Assembly: GCA_963719225.1 (NCBI GenBank)
Contig: CAVRAY010000001.1
Location: forward strand, 3,360,001 to 3,424,000
Reading direction: 5' to 3'
DNA: 64,000 bases
DNA from: Thermoanaerobaculia bacterium
GTDB lineage: Bacteria; Acidobacteriota; Thermoanaerobaculia; UBA5066
Part shown: positions 38,663-46,999 of the stretch, one piece after another
How the letters are laid out: each line of letters starts with the position of its first letter
Position numbering within the stretch: position 1 is the first letter of the stretch
Program-made: the position numbers and the translations under genes
Notes under the pieces: generated by a model
The model's input: the letters and a program-made list of their open reading frames with translations, nothing else
What the model was told of the DNA's origin: nothing
Databases searched by the model: none

Positions 38663-40654
38663 CTAGCCCGCCGCCGGCTTGCGGCTCCGAATCTCCTCCA
38701 GACGTCGAAGCAGCCGCTCCGCTTCGGTCCTGTTCCCTCTCGCACGCTCGACGCGCGCGAGGTTCTCGATGGTCTGGGCGCGGTCGGGATCGGCGACGAG
38801 GGCCTCGTGCAGGCGAAGGGCCGCCGCTTCGAAGTCGCGCCCCTCGGCCGCGACCGCCGCGAGACCTGAGAGGCCGTCCACGCTGCGTCCGTCGAGGGCC
38901 ACGACGCGTTGGAACGCCTCCCGCGCCCGCTCCAGCCGGCCGAGCGCGAGCGATTCCTGCCCGAGGTTGATCCACGCATCCTGGAAGTCGGGCTTCAACC
39001 GGACGGCCTCCTCGTGAGCGCGGGCCGCATCGGTCTCGCGCCCGAGGAGGTGCCAGGCGATGCCGAGACCGAACCAGTCCTCGGCCAGCGGCGGAAATCG
39101 ACGAAGGATCTCCTGATAGGCGGCCGCGGACTCCCTCGCGCGGCGGCTCCGCCTGAGGACGAGCGCGAGCTCGCGGAAGAGAGCGGGATCCGACCGCACG
39201 ACGGCGGGGTCGAGCGCGGAAAGGAGCGCGGCGGCCTCGGCGCTCTTCCCGAGCTGGCGCGCGATGATCGCGTCCTCGATCGACGGCCATTCCCCGATGC
39301 GGTCCTTCGGATCGACACGCCTGGCGTCGATGCGGTCGAGATCGGAGCCGGCTCCCTGGGGCGTCACGTAGCCGAGCGAAGCGAGCCGACGCACGGTCTC
39401 CTCGTCCGCAGCCGCGGCCGGTCTCAGCCGTGGCGCCGGCTTCCCGACGATTGCGCCGAGGCGGCGCGCGAGATCGCGCGCGTCCTCCCCGTCGGCGTGA
39501 AACACGTTCGCGCGCTCGAGAGGATCGGCCGTGAGGTCGTAGAGCTCCTTGCGCGGCGCGTCGACGAACTTGAACGATGCGCTGCGCACCGCCTTGAGCG
39601 GAGACCAGCCGAGCAGGGCCGCCGGATAAACGCTCTCCGCGTAGACGACGCGGCTTGGAGGCGCGGTCCCGGCGAGGGCGGAAAAGAGCGACACACCGTC
39701 GCCGTCGCGGTCCGCCGGAAGACGCGCCGCTTCGCGCAGGGTGGGAGCGAGGTCGACGAGGGAGACGGGCGTCGCGACGCGGGTACCGGCCACGCCGGAC
39801 GGCGCGACGACGACGAGCGGAACGTGGAGCGTCGCGTCGTAAAGGAAGACGCCGTGCGTCTTCTCGCCGTGCTCGCCCAGAGATTCACCGTGATCGCCGG
39901 CGACCGCGACGAGAGTCTTCGCGAGGAGGCGGCGTGACTCGAGGTGAGCGATCAGCCGCCCGAGCGCCGCATCGGCCGCCGCGACCTCGCCGTCGTAGGG
40001 AGAGGAGAACCGGTCCCGGAACGCGGGCGGCGGTACGTAGGGGGCATGCGGGTCGTAGAGGTGTACCCACAGGAAGAAGCGTCCCTCGCCGTGGGCGTTC
40101 AGCCACGCGATCGCGCGATCAACGACCTCCTCGCCTCCCCTTTCGGCGCGCCACGAAGCGGCCTCGAGCCCGGCATTCGCGGCGAAGCTCTCGTCGTAAG
40201 CCTCGAACCCGCGGGCGAGCCCGACCTCGGACCGGAGCACGAGCGACCCGATCACGGCCGCGGTCTCGAAGCCCGCTTCGCGGAACGCACTCGCGAGGAG
40301 CGGGACGTCGGCGGCGACGCGGTCCGTCCCGTTCACGCGCACGCCATGGCGAAACGGCAGGCGGCCGGAGAAGAGAGACACGTGGGCCGGGAGCGTGAGA
40401 GGCGCCGGCGAGAACGCGCTGGAGAAGACCGCGCCGCGTGAGGCGAGGCGGTCCAGATGAGGCGTCAGGTTGGGCGGTCCGCCGAGCGCGCCCACACGGT
40501 CCGCGCGGAGCGTGTCGATCGTGACGACGAGAAAATTCTGGGCGCGCGGTTGAGCCGGGGCCGTTCGAACGCAGCCCGCGGTGGCCAGCGTGAACAGACC
40601 TCCGGCGGCGTACACCAAAAAGGCGTCGCCGAGACGTCGGCCTTGTTCTCCCAC
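38663..40654 (-). CDS. Sulfatase-like hydrolase/transferase with C-terminal TPRs (probable lipoprotein)
   Basis: TIDTLRAD, TLPAH (Thr at the usual Cys/Ser position), YDPHAPY and GDHGE motifs; TAGC lipobox-like; TPRs. Confidence 0.88.
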   Translation of the reverse strand: MGEQGRRLGDAFLVYAAGGLFTLATAGCVRTAPAQPRAQNFLVVTIDTLRADRVGALGGPPNLTPHLDRLASRGAVFSSAFSPAPLTLPAHVSLFSGRLPFRHGVRVNGTDRVAADVPLLASAFREAGFETAAVIGSLVLRSEVGLARGFEAYDESFAANAGLEAASWRAERGGEEVVDRAIAWLNAHGEGRFFLWVHLYDPHAPYVPPPAFRDRFSSPYDGEVAAADAALGRLIAHLESRRLLAKTLVAVAGDHGESLGEHGEKTHGVFLYDATLHVPLVVVAPSGVAGTRVATPVSLVDLAPTLREAARLPADRDGDGVSLFSALAGTAPPSRVVYAESVYPAALLGWSPLKAVRSASFKFVDAPRKELYDLTADPLERANVFHADGEDARDLARRLGAIVGKPAPRLRPAAAADEETVRRLASLGYVTPQGAGSDLDRIDARRVDPKDRIGEWPSIEDAIIARQLGKSAEAAALLSALDPAVVRSDPALFRELALVLRRSRRARESAAAYQEILRRFPPLAEDWFGLGIAWHLLGRETDAARAHEEAVRLKPDFQDAWINLGQESLALGRLERAREAFQRVVALDGRSVDGLSGLAAVAAEGRDFEAAALRLHEALVADPDRAQTIENLARVERARGNRTEAERLLRRLEEIRSRKPAAG

Positions 40655-40756
40655 GGGATTCCTGTTGTGAGCAGGATAGGCGTATCGAATTCGGAGTCAA
40701 GCCGGGAGGGCCCCGGCGCGGCACGCGGACGGCGCCGCGCCTAAACTCGATGGACC

Positions 40757-43700
40757 TTGAAGAGGCATCTCCTCCAGGCGCTGGCGTACCTGCCGCAGCC
40801 GTTGCGCCGCCGTTCGTACGTCGCGAACCTGGGCTTCGATCCGACCGAGGTCTCGCGCCTCAACTTCAAGCTGGCGGAGACGCTCGACGAACGCATCCAG
40901 AGCTTCCGCGTCCTGCACGACATGTACGTGCGGCGCGGGCTCATCGATCCGACGCCTACGGGCCTCAGGTTCACCGTCTTCTCCGTGCTGCCGACGACCG
41001 CGATCTTCGTGGGAATCCGCGATGGCCTGGTCGTGAGCACGATGTCGCTGATCGAGGACTCTCCGCTCGGCGTCCCCATGGAAAAGCTCTACCGCCAGGA
41101 GATCGGGCGGCTGCGCCTCGAGCGCCGCCGCTTCGCCGAGGTGAGCGCCCTCGCCGTCCAGACGGAGGCACGCGGCAAGGGCCTCGCGCTCATGATGTAC
41201 AACCTGATGTTCCGGTGGGCATTCTTCTACCGGGGCGTCGACGACCTCGTCATCGCCGTGCATCCGAAGGCGGAAGGTTTCTACCGGGACGTTCTTCTCT
41301 TCGACCGGTTCGGAGACGTCCGTGCCTACGAATCCCTCAAGGACGCGCCGGCCGTCGCGCTGAAGCTGGAGCTGCAGACGATCGTGCGGCGCTATCGCGC
41401 GCTGTACGACCGTCGGAGGCGATCCGGCGAGAACGAGCCGGTTCAGAACCTCTACCACTTCTTCTGCGAGGAACAGTTCGCGAACTTCTCGATGCCCACG
41501 CTCCGCGCGGACACGTCGCGCCGCGTGCCGCCGCCCGCCTGGAGCCACGAGGATGTCAGCAGCCTCTTCGAGGAGCACGGGTTCGACATCTCGTCTCTGA
41601 CGTCCGAGGAGCGGCGTTTCTTCATTCTCGAGTACCCGAACCTGGACTGGTCGATTCCGCGCGGAAGAGGCTTCCGGCGGAGCGCGACGGGCCTGAGGGA
41701 AGGCGGGCGCACCGGCAGCCCCGTCGCGGACGCTCTCCTCACGGCCGCGGCGCGCGCTCCCTCCCACGACAACACGCAGCCCTGGCGCTTCACGGCGGAC
41801 ACGAAAACCGGCCGCATCGCCTTCCACGTGGACGAGGGCCGCGATCCTTCGCCGCTCAACGCGGGGCAGCGGCTGTCGCGACTGGCCGTCGGCTGCGCGA
41901 TCGAGAACTTCCGCCGCACGGCCCTGGCGAACGGCTGGAGCCTCGAGGTGGAAGACCCTCCCCCCAACGCGCTCGCGATGTTCCGCGTGACGGACGAGGG
42001 CCACGCTCCGCCGCGCGCCGACGGTCCGATCTTCGCTCGGGTCACGAACCGGATGGTCTACGGCTCTCGCCCCGTTCCCGCGGCGGCGCTGGAGCGTCTC
42101 GCGTCGAAGACTCCCGATCTGGACGGCGTCAAGACACACTGGATCCTCGCGCCTCATCGCGTCGAGGCGCTCGCCGACCTCGTCGGCCGGGCCGAGCGGA
42201 TCGTGTTCGCCCACGGCGCTCTTCGGCGGGCGCAGCACGCCCGCGTGCGTTTCGACCGCAAGCGCGGGGACGCGGTTTCCGAAGGTCTCTCGGTCGCCGC
42301 GCTCGAGCTCTCCCCGACGCGCGAACAGATCCTCCGGCGCGCGGCGTGGCTGCCGGACTGGGCCGTGAAGGCGCTCGGCATTCCCCTCCTGGCCGCCTCG
42401 GCCGCCGCGGATCTCGTGCGGAGCTCTTCGGGTCTCTGTCTGGTCGTGGCGCCCGACGCGAGCCCGGCGTCGGACCTCGCGGCCGGGCGCGCGGCGCAAC
42501 GCGCGTGGCTGTCGATGACCGAGGAGGGACTCGCGGTGCATCCCATGCACGCGCTCGTCGGGCTCGACACGATCCTCGAGAACGGCGCCCCGAAGCTCGT
42601 GGCGTCGCTCTCGAGCAGGAAAGTGAACGCGCTGAAACGCGAGCTGCGCTCGCGCGCGCCGGAGCTCGGATCGGGGAGCCCGGCGTTTCTCATGCGGTTC
42701 GGCAATGCGCCCCCGCCGGCGGGCCGGAGCGGACGGCAGCCGCTCGAGGCCGTGACGCGGCAGGCGCCTCTGGCCCCCGGGGCCAAGCCGACGTCGTCGC
42801 CCGCGGCGCCGGCGCGGAAATCCCGCAGGCCCCGCGTCCTGTTCGTGGGCGAGGCGATCAGCCTCACGCACGCCCGGCGTCCCTTCGCGCTCGCGCGCGG
42901 CATCAACCCGGCCCTGTTCGAGGTCGTGTTCGCGTGCGACCTTCGCTTCCGGCACCTGTTCCCGCAGGTGGATTTCGAGATGGTGCCGCTCCGTTCGATT
43001 CCGTCGGAGCAGTTCCTCGACGCCCTCGCGGCGGGCTCGCCGATCTACGACGTCGGGACGCTCCAGGAATACGTGGAGGAGGACGAGCGTCTCCTGCGCG
43101 AGGTCGCTCCGGACATCGTCGTCGGAGACTTCCGGCTTTCCCTCGGCGTCAGCACGCGCGTCGCCGGAATTCCCTACGTCTGCCTCGCGGAGTCGTGCTG
43201 GAGCCCCTATGCGAAGCTGAAGATTCCCCTCGCGGAGCACCCCGCCGTCAAGCTCGTCGGGCCGCGGGTGGCACAGGCGGTCTTCAAGCCGATCCGGGCG
43301 ATCGCGTTCGCATATCACGCGCTGCCGATGAACGCCGTGCGCCGCGGGCACGGACTCCGGGGGCTCCGCCTCGACCTGCGCCGCGTGTTCACGGACGGGG
43401 ACTACGCGCTCTACGTCGACGTCCCCGAGCTGACGCCCATGTTCGACCTGCCCGCGAATCACCAGTACCTCGGCCCGGTGCTCTGGTCGCCCGAGGTGCC
43501 GCTCCCGCCCTGGTGGTCCGAGCTGCCGCGCCACCTCCCGATCGTCTTCGTCGCGCTCGGGAGCGTCACGAACCCGGCGATCCTGCCGGTCGTCCTCGAG
43601 GCGCTCGAGCCCCTGCCCGTCACGATCGTCGCCGAGACGCGGGGCGCGCGCCTTCCGCACGTGCCGAAGAACGCGTTCGTCGCCGATTTCCTCCCGAGGG

Positions 43701-44041
43701 AACGCATGATCAAGGAGGCCCGCCTCGTCATCTGCAGCGGTTCGACCTCCAGCTCTCATCAGGCGCTCGCCCAGGGCCGCCCGGTGCTCGGGATCGTCAG
43801 CAACATGAACCAGCACCTGAACATGCAGGCCGTCGAGCAGGCGCGGGCGGGCCGCTTCGTCAGGGCCGGAGGGATCGAAAGCCGCGCTCTCGGCGATCTC
43901 GCCCTGTCGTTCCTCGCGCGCCCGGCTTACACGGAAGCGGCCCAGGCTCTCGCGCACACGCTCGCGCGTTACGACGCCGCGACGCGCCTTCAGGACCTCC
44001 TCGCCCGCATTCCCGTCCACACCTCCTCCTCCGTCCTGTGA
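40757..44041 (+). CDS. Tri-domain fusion: FeeM-like N-acyl amino acid synthase (GNAT) + nitroreductase-like oxidase + GT1 glycosyltransferase
   Basis: About 40757-41630: YVRRG, TMSLIEDSPLGVP, AEVSALA, IAVHPK..FY. About 41720-42760: RAPSHDNTQPW, RVTNR, GRAAQRAWL. About 42830-44041: EAISLTH, PDIVVGDFR, YLGPVLWSP, NQHLN. Confidence 0.82.
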   Translation: MKRHLLQALAYLPQPLRRRSYVANLGFDPTEVSRLNFKLAETLDERIQSFRVLHDMYVRRGLIDPTPTGLRFTVFSVLPTTAIFVGIRDGLVVSTMSLIEDSPLGVPMEKLYRQEIGRLRLERRRFAEVSALAVQTEARGKGLALMMYNLMFRWAFFYRGVDDLVIAVHPKAEGFYRDVLLFDRFGDVRAYESLKDAPAVALKLELQTIVRRYRALYDRRRRSGENEPVQNLYHFFCEEQFANFSMPTLRADTSRRVPPPAWSHEDVSSLFEEHGFDISSLTSEERRFFILEYPNLDWSIPRGRGFRRSATGLREGGRTGSPVADALLTAAARAPSHDNTQPWRFTADTKTGRIAFHVDEGRDPSPLNAGQRLSRLAVGCAIENFRRTALANGWSLEVEDPPPNALAMFRVTDEGHAPPRADGPIFARVTNRMVYGSRPVPAAALERLASKTPDLDGVKTHWILAPHRVEALADLVGRAERIVFAHGALRRAQHARVRFDRKRGDAVSEGLSVAALELSPTREQILRRAAWLPDWAVKALGIPLLAASAAADLVRSSSGLCLVVAPDASPASDLAAGRAAQRAWLSMTEEGLAVHPMHALVGLDTILENGAPKLVASLSSRKVNALKRELRSRAPELGSGSPAFLMRFGNAPPPAGRSGRQPLEAVTRQAPLAPGAKPTSSPAAPARKSRRPRVLFVGEAISLTHARRPFALARGINPALFEVVFACDLRFRHLFPQVDFEMVPLRSIPSEQFLDALAAGSPIYDVGTLQEYVEEDERLLREVAPDIVVGDFRLSLGVSTRVAGIPYVCLAESCWSPYAKLKIPLAEHPAVKLVGPRVAQAVFKPIRAIAFAYHALPMNAVRRGHGLRGLRLDLRRVFTDGDYALYVDVPELTPMFDLPANHQYLGPVLWSPEVPLPPWWSELPRHLPIVFVALGSVTNPAILPVVLEALEPLPVTIVAETRGARLPHVPKNAFVADFLPRERMIKEARLVICSGSTSSSHQALAQGRPVLGIVSNMNQHLNMQAVEQARAGRFVRAGGIESRALGDLALSFLARPAYTEAAQALAHTLARYDAATRLQDLLARIPVHTSSSVL

Positions 44042-44066
44042 GAAGGACGGATACGATGGAGGAGCC

Positions 44067-44981
44067 GTGACGTCCTCGTTCTCGCCCCGGGAGGCCTTCG
44101 AGCGAAACTTCGGCCTCGTGACGCGCGCCGAGCAGGAGCGCCTCTTCGTTTCGCGCGTCGCGATCGCGGGCTGCGGCGGCGTGGGGGGCCTGCACGCGCA
44201 CGTCCTCGCGCGCCTGGGCGTCGGACGGTTTCGCCTCGCGGACTTCGACACGTTCTCGGTCGTGAACTTCAACCGGCAGATCGGCGCGACGATGGAGACC
44301 GTCGGGAAGAGCAAGGCGGAGGTGACGGCCGCGATGATCCGTTCGATCGATCCCGACGCCACGGTCGAGATCCTCGAGGAGGGCGTCGACGCGGCGAACG
44401 CGGACGCCTTCGTGGCCGGTGCCGATCTCGTCGTCGACGGCGTGGACTTCTTCGCGCTCTCCGGGCGCCGCGCGCTTTTCGCCGCGGCGCGGCGCGCGGG
44501 AGTGCCCGCTCTCACCGCGGGTCCGCTGGGCTTCGGCGCGTCGCTCCACGTCTTCTCTTCCAACGGCATGAGCTTCGACGAGTACTTCGGTCTCGCGGAC
44601 GGACAGGATCCGTTCGAGCAGCTCCTGAACTTCGTCGTCGGGCTCGCGCCGGGGGGACTCCACGTTCCCTACCTGGACTTCTCCACCGTGGATCCCGCGA
44701 CCGGCCGCGGGCCTTCCTCCATCGTGGGGACCCAGCTCGCGTCCTGCCTCGTCGGCGCCGAAGCCGTGCGGGTCCTGCTGGGCCGGGGGCCGTCGCCCGA
44801 CGCCCCGCGGTATTTCCAGTTCGACGCCTACCGCCGCAAGCTCAAGAGCGGGTCCTTGCGCCATGGGAACAAGGGTGTCGTGCAGCGGCTCAAGCGCGCC
44901 GTGCTGAGAAAGCGGGCGCGCGCGCTGGGCTGGGATCGCGCTCTTTTGGAACGGGCGAAGCGGGAGGCGGGGGCTCCATGA
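44067..44981 (+). CDS. ThiF-family adenylyltransferase, MoeW/TyzB-like cyclodehydratase
   Basis: EAFERNFGL, IAGCGGVGG, ADFDTF..NFNRQ, TAGPLGFG, GMSFDEYF, RGPS and FQFDAY motifs. No Zn CxxC motifs of the MoeB type. Confidence 0.88.
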   Translation: MTSSFSPREAFERNFGLVTRAEQERLFVSRVAIAGCGGVGGLHAHVLARLGVGRFRLADFDTFSVVNFNRQIGATMETVGKSKAEVTAAMIRSIDPDATVEILEEGVDAANADAFVAGADLVVDGVDFFALSGRRALFAAARRAGVPALTAGPLGFGASLHVFSSNGMSFDEYFGLADGQDPFEQLLNFVVGLAPGGLHVPYLDFSTVDPATGRGPSSIVGTQLASCLVGAEAVRVLLGRGPSPDAPRYFQFDAYRRKLKSGSLRHGNKGVVQRLKRAVLRKRARALGWDRALLERAKREAGAP

Positions 44982-46999
44982 GCGCGGCCGTGCCGCGAAA
45001 GACGCGGGTCCTCTTCTTCGGCGAGGCCGTGACGCTCTCGCACGTCGTGAGGCCCCACGTCCTGGCGGCCTCGCTGGATCCGGCACGCTACGACGTGACG
45101 GTCGCCTGCGATCCGCGGTTCTCGAGCCTCTTCGAGAAGTCGACGTTCGCGCGCCGCGACCTGGAGAGCATCACCTGCGACGAGTTCCTGCACAAGCTCG
45201 AGGTCGGCTCCCCCGTCTACGACGCCCGCACTCTGAGGCGCTATGTGGACGAGGACCTCGCTCTTCTGCGCTCCGTGGAGCCCGACGTCGTCGTCGGCGA
45301 TTTCAGGCTCTCGCTCTCGGCGAGCGCACGGCTCGCCGGCGTCCCGTATCTCGCCGTGACCGACGCGTGCTGGAGCCCGTTCTCCGCCGCCTCCTTCCCG
45401 CTCGCCGAGCACCCGATGACGAAGGTGCTCGGCGTGCGCGCGTCCCAGGCCGTCTTCGCCGCGATCCGGCCGGCCGCGTTCGCGTACCACTGCCTGCCGA
45501 TCAATCGCGTGAGGCGGGACCTGGGTCTGCCGTCCCTCGGGTACGACCTCCGGCGCGTGTACACGAGCGCGGACTGGGTCCTCTACGCCGACATTCCGGA
45601 GCTCGCGCCGCTCCTGAATCTGCCCGCGACGCACCGGTATCTCGGCCCGATCCGGTGGTCGCCCGCCGTTCCGAAGCCGGCGTGGTGGGACGAGGTGCCG
45701 AAGGACAAGCCGGTGGTCTACGTCACGTTCGGGAGCTCCGGCAAGATGAATCTCCTGCCGCGCCTCGTGAAAGCTCTTTCGGAGCTGCCGGTGTCGATCC
45801 TCGTGGCGACGGCGGGCCGGGCGGCGCTCGACCTTCCGCCGCGCGATACGTTCGTCGCCGATTACCTTCCGGGCGACGCGGCCGCCGCGCGCTCGAGCCT
45901 CATGATCTGCAACGGCGGAACGCTCACGGTCCAGCAGGCCCTCTGCGCGAGCGTCCCCGTCCTCGGGATCGCGAACAACATGAATCAGCACATGAACATG
46001 CAGACGATCAGCCGCGCCGGTGCGGGCGAGCTGATGCGCGCCGGAACGTTCGATCCGTTCGAGCTGCGCGCCATGGTGCTCAAGATCCTCTCGTCTCCCG
46101 CCTACGTGCAGGCCGCCTCCGTTCTCGGGCAGACGTATCTCAGGTACGACGCGCCCTCTCGCTTCGGAGAGATCCTGGAGGTCGCCGCGCGCACCGCGGT
46201 GCTCCGGGAGGCCGCGCCCGCGAGGAGGCGCACCTCCTCGGTGCGCATGCTCGAGCCGAAGGTCAAGACGCAGGCCGAGGCGCTCGCGTACGACGAGATG
46301 GAGCACCACTTCGGCGACATCATCTTCCAGGGCCTCGCCGAGTCCGCTCTCAACATGGGGGTCGCCAAAGGGCGCATGCTCGAGGTGGGCACGGGCACCG
46401 GCCGCGTCAGCATCCGCCTCGCGAAGCTGAACCCCGCCCTGTCCATCGACGCCGTCGACCACACGGAAGCGAATTTCCACGTCGCGCGCGGGAACGCACG
46501 GCGGCACGGCCTCGGCGAGCGGCTGCGCTTCTCCCTCGCCCGCCCGAACGCGCTGCCTTTTCCCCCGAACGCCTTCGACCTCGTCATCGCGAGCAACGTC
46601 CTCCTGAACGCGGCCGACCCTCTCGCGTGCCTGAGGGAGATCCGGCGCGTCGCGCGGCCCGAAGGCGCGATCCTCGTGCGCGACGTGAGACGCCTTCCCG
46701 CGGCGATCCTGCCTTTCGTCGTCGCGCTCTACACGCGGGGCTACAGCCCGACGCTCAAGCGCCTCGCCTCGAACTCGTTCCACGCGGCGCTCTCCTACGC
46801 GGAGCTGGAGTCGCTCGTGAAGCAGCTCGAAATGCCGCGCGCGAAGGTCCGGAAGTACTTCGTGTCGCACATCGGGATCGAGGTGCCGGCCGCGAGGTTC
46901 GCGGCGGCGCCCATGAGGCCGCCCGCGGCGGCTTCGCTCTTCAAGCGTCTCGCCAAGTCGCTCTTCGTCTCGCGCGCCTCGGACGCAGGGCTGACGTGA
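44978..46999 (+). CDS. Fusion: GT1 glycosyltransferase (Rv2962c-like) + class I SAM-dependent methyltransferase
   Basis: GT motifs EAVTLSHVVRP..SLDPARYDV..ACDPR and CNGG..QQAL; MT motifs LEVGTGTG, LPFPPNAFDLV and EIRRVARPEG. ATGA overlap with the upstream gene. Confidence 0.85.
   Translation: MSAAVPRKTRVLFFGEAVTLSHVVRPHVLAASLDPARYDVTVACDPRFSSLFEKSTFARRDLESITCDEFLHKLEVGSPVYDARTLRRYVDEDLALLRSVEPDVVVGDFRLSLSASARLAGVPYLAVTDACWSPFSAASFPLAEHPMTKVLGVRASQAVFAAIRPAAFAYHCLPINRVRRDLGLPSLGYDLRRVYTSADWVLYADIPELAPLLNLPATHRYLGPIRWSPAVPKPAWWDEVPKDKPVVYVTFGSSGKMNLLPRLVKALSELPVSILVATAGRAALDLPPRDTFVADYLPGDAAAARSSLMICNGGTLTVQQALCASVPVLGIANNMNQHMNMQTISRAGAGELMRAGTFDPFELRAMVLKILSSPAYVQAASVLGQTYLRYDAPSRFGEILEVAARTAVLREAAPARRRTSSVRMLEPKVKTQAEALAYDEMEHHFGDIIFQGLAESALNMGVAKGRMLEVGTGTGRVSIRLAKLNPALSIDAVDHTEANFHVARGNARRHGLGERLRFSLARPNALPFPPNAFDLVIASNVLLNAADPLACLREIRRVARPEGAILVRDVRRLPAAILPFVVALYTRGYSPTLKRLASNSFHAALSYAELESLVKQLEMPRAKVRKYFVSHIGIEVPAARFAAAPMRPPAAASLFKRLAKSLFVSRASDAGLT

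Noticed and set aside
44067-44981. ThiF gene as part of a RiPP, ubiquitin-like or anti-phage (CBASS/Bil-type) system
   Set aside because: No precursor peptide, Ubl, E2, JAB or cyclase gene is nearby. Motifs and neighbours fit the MoeW/TyzB oxazolone-forming type.
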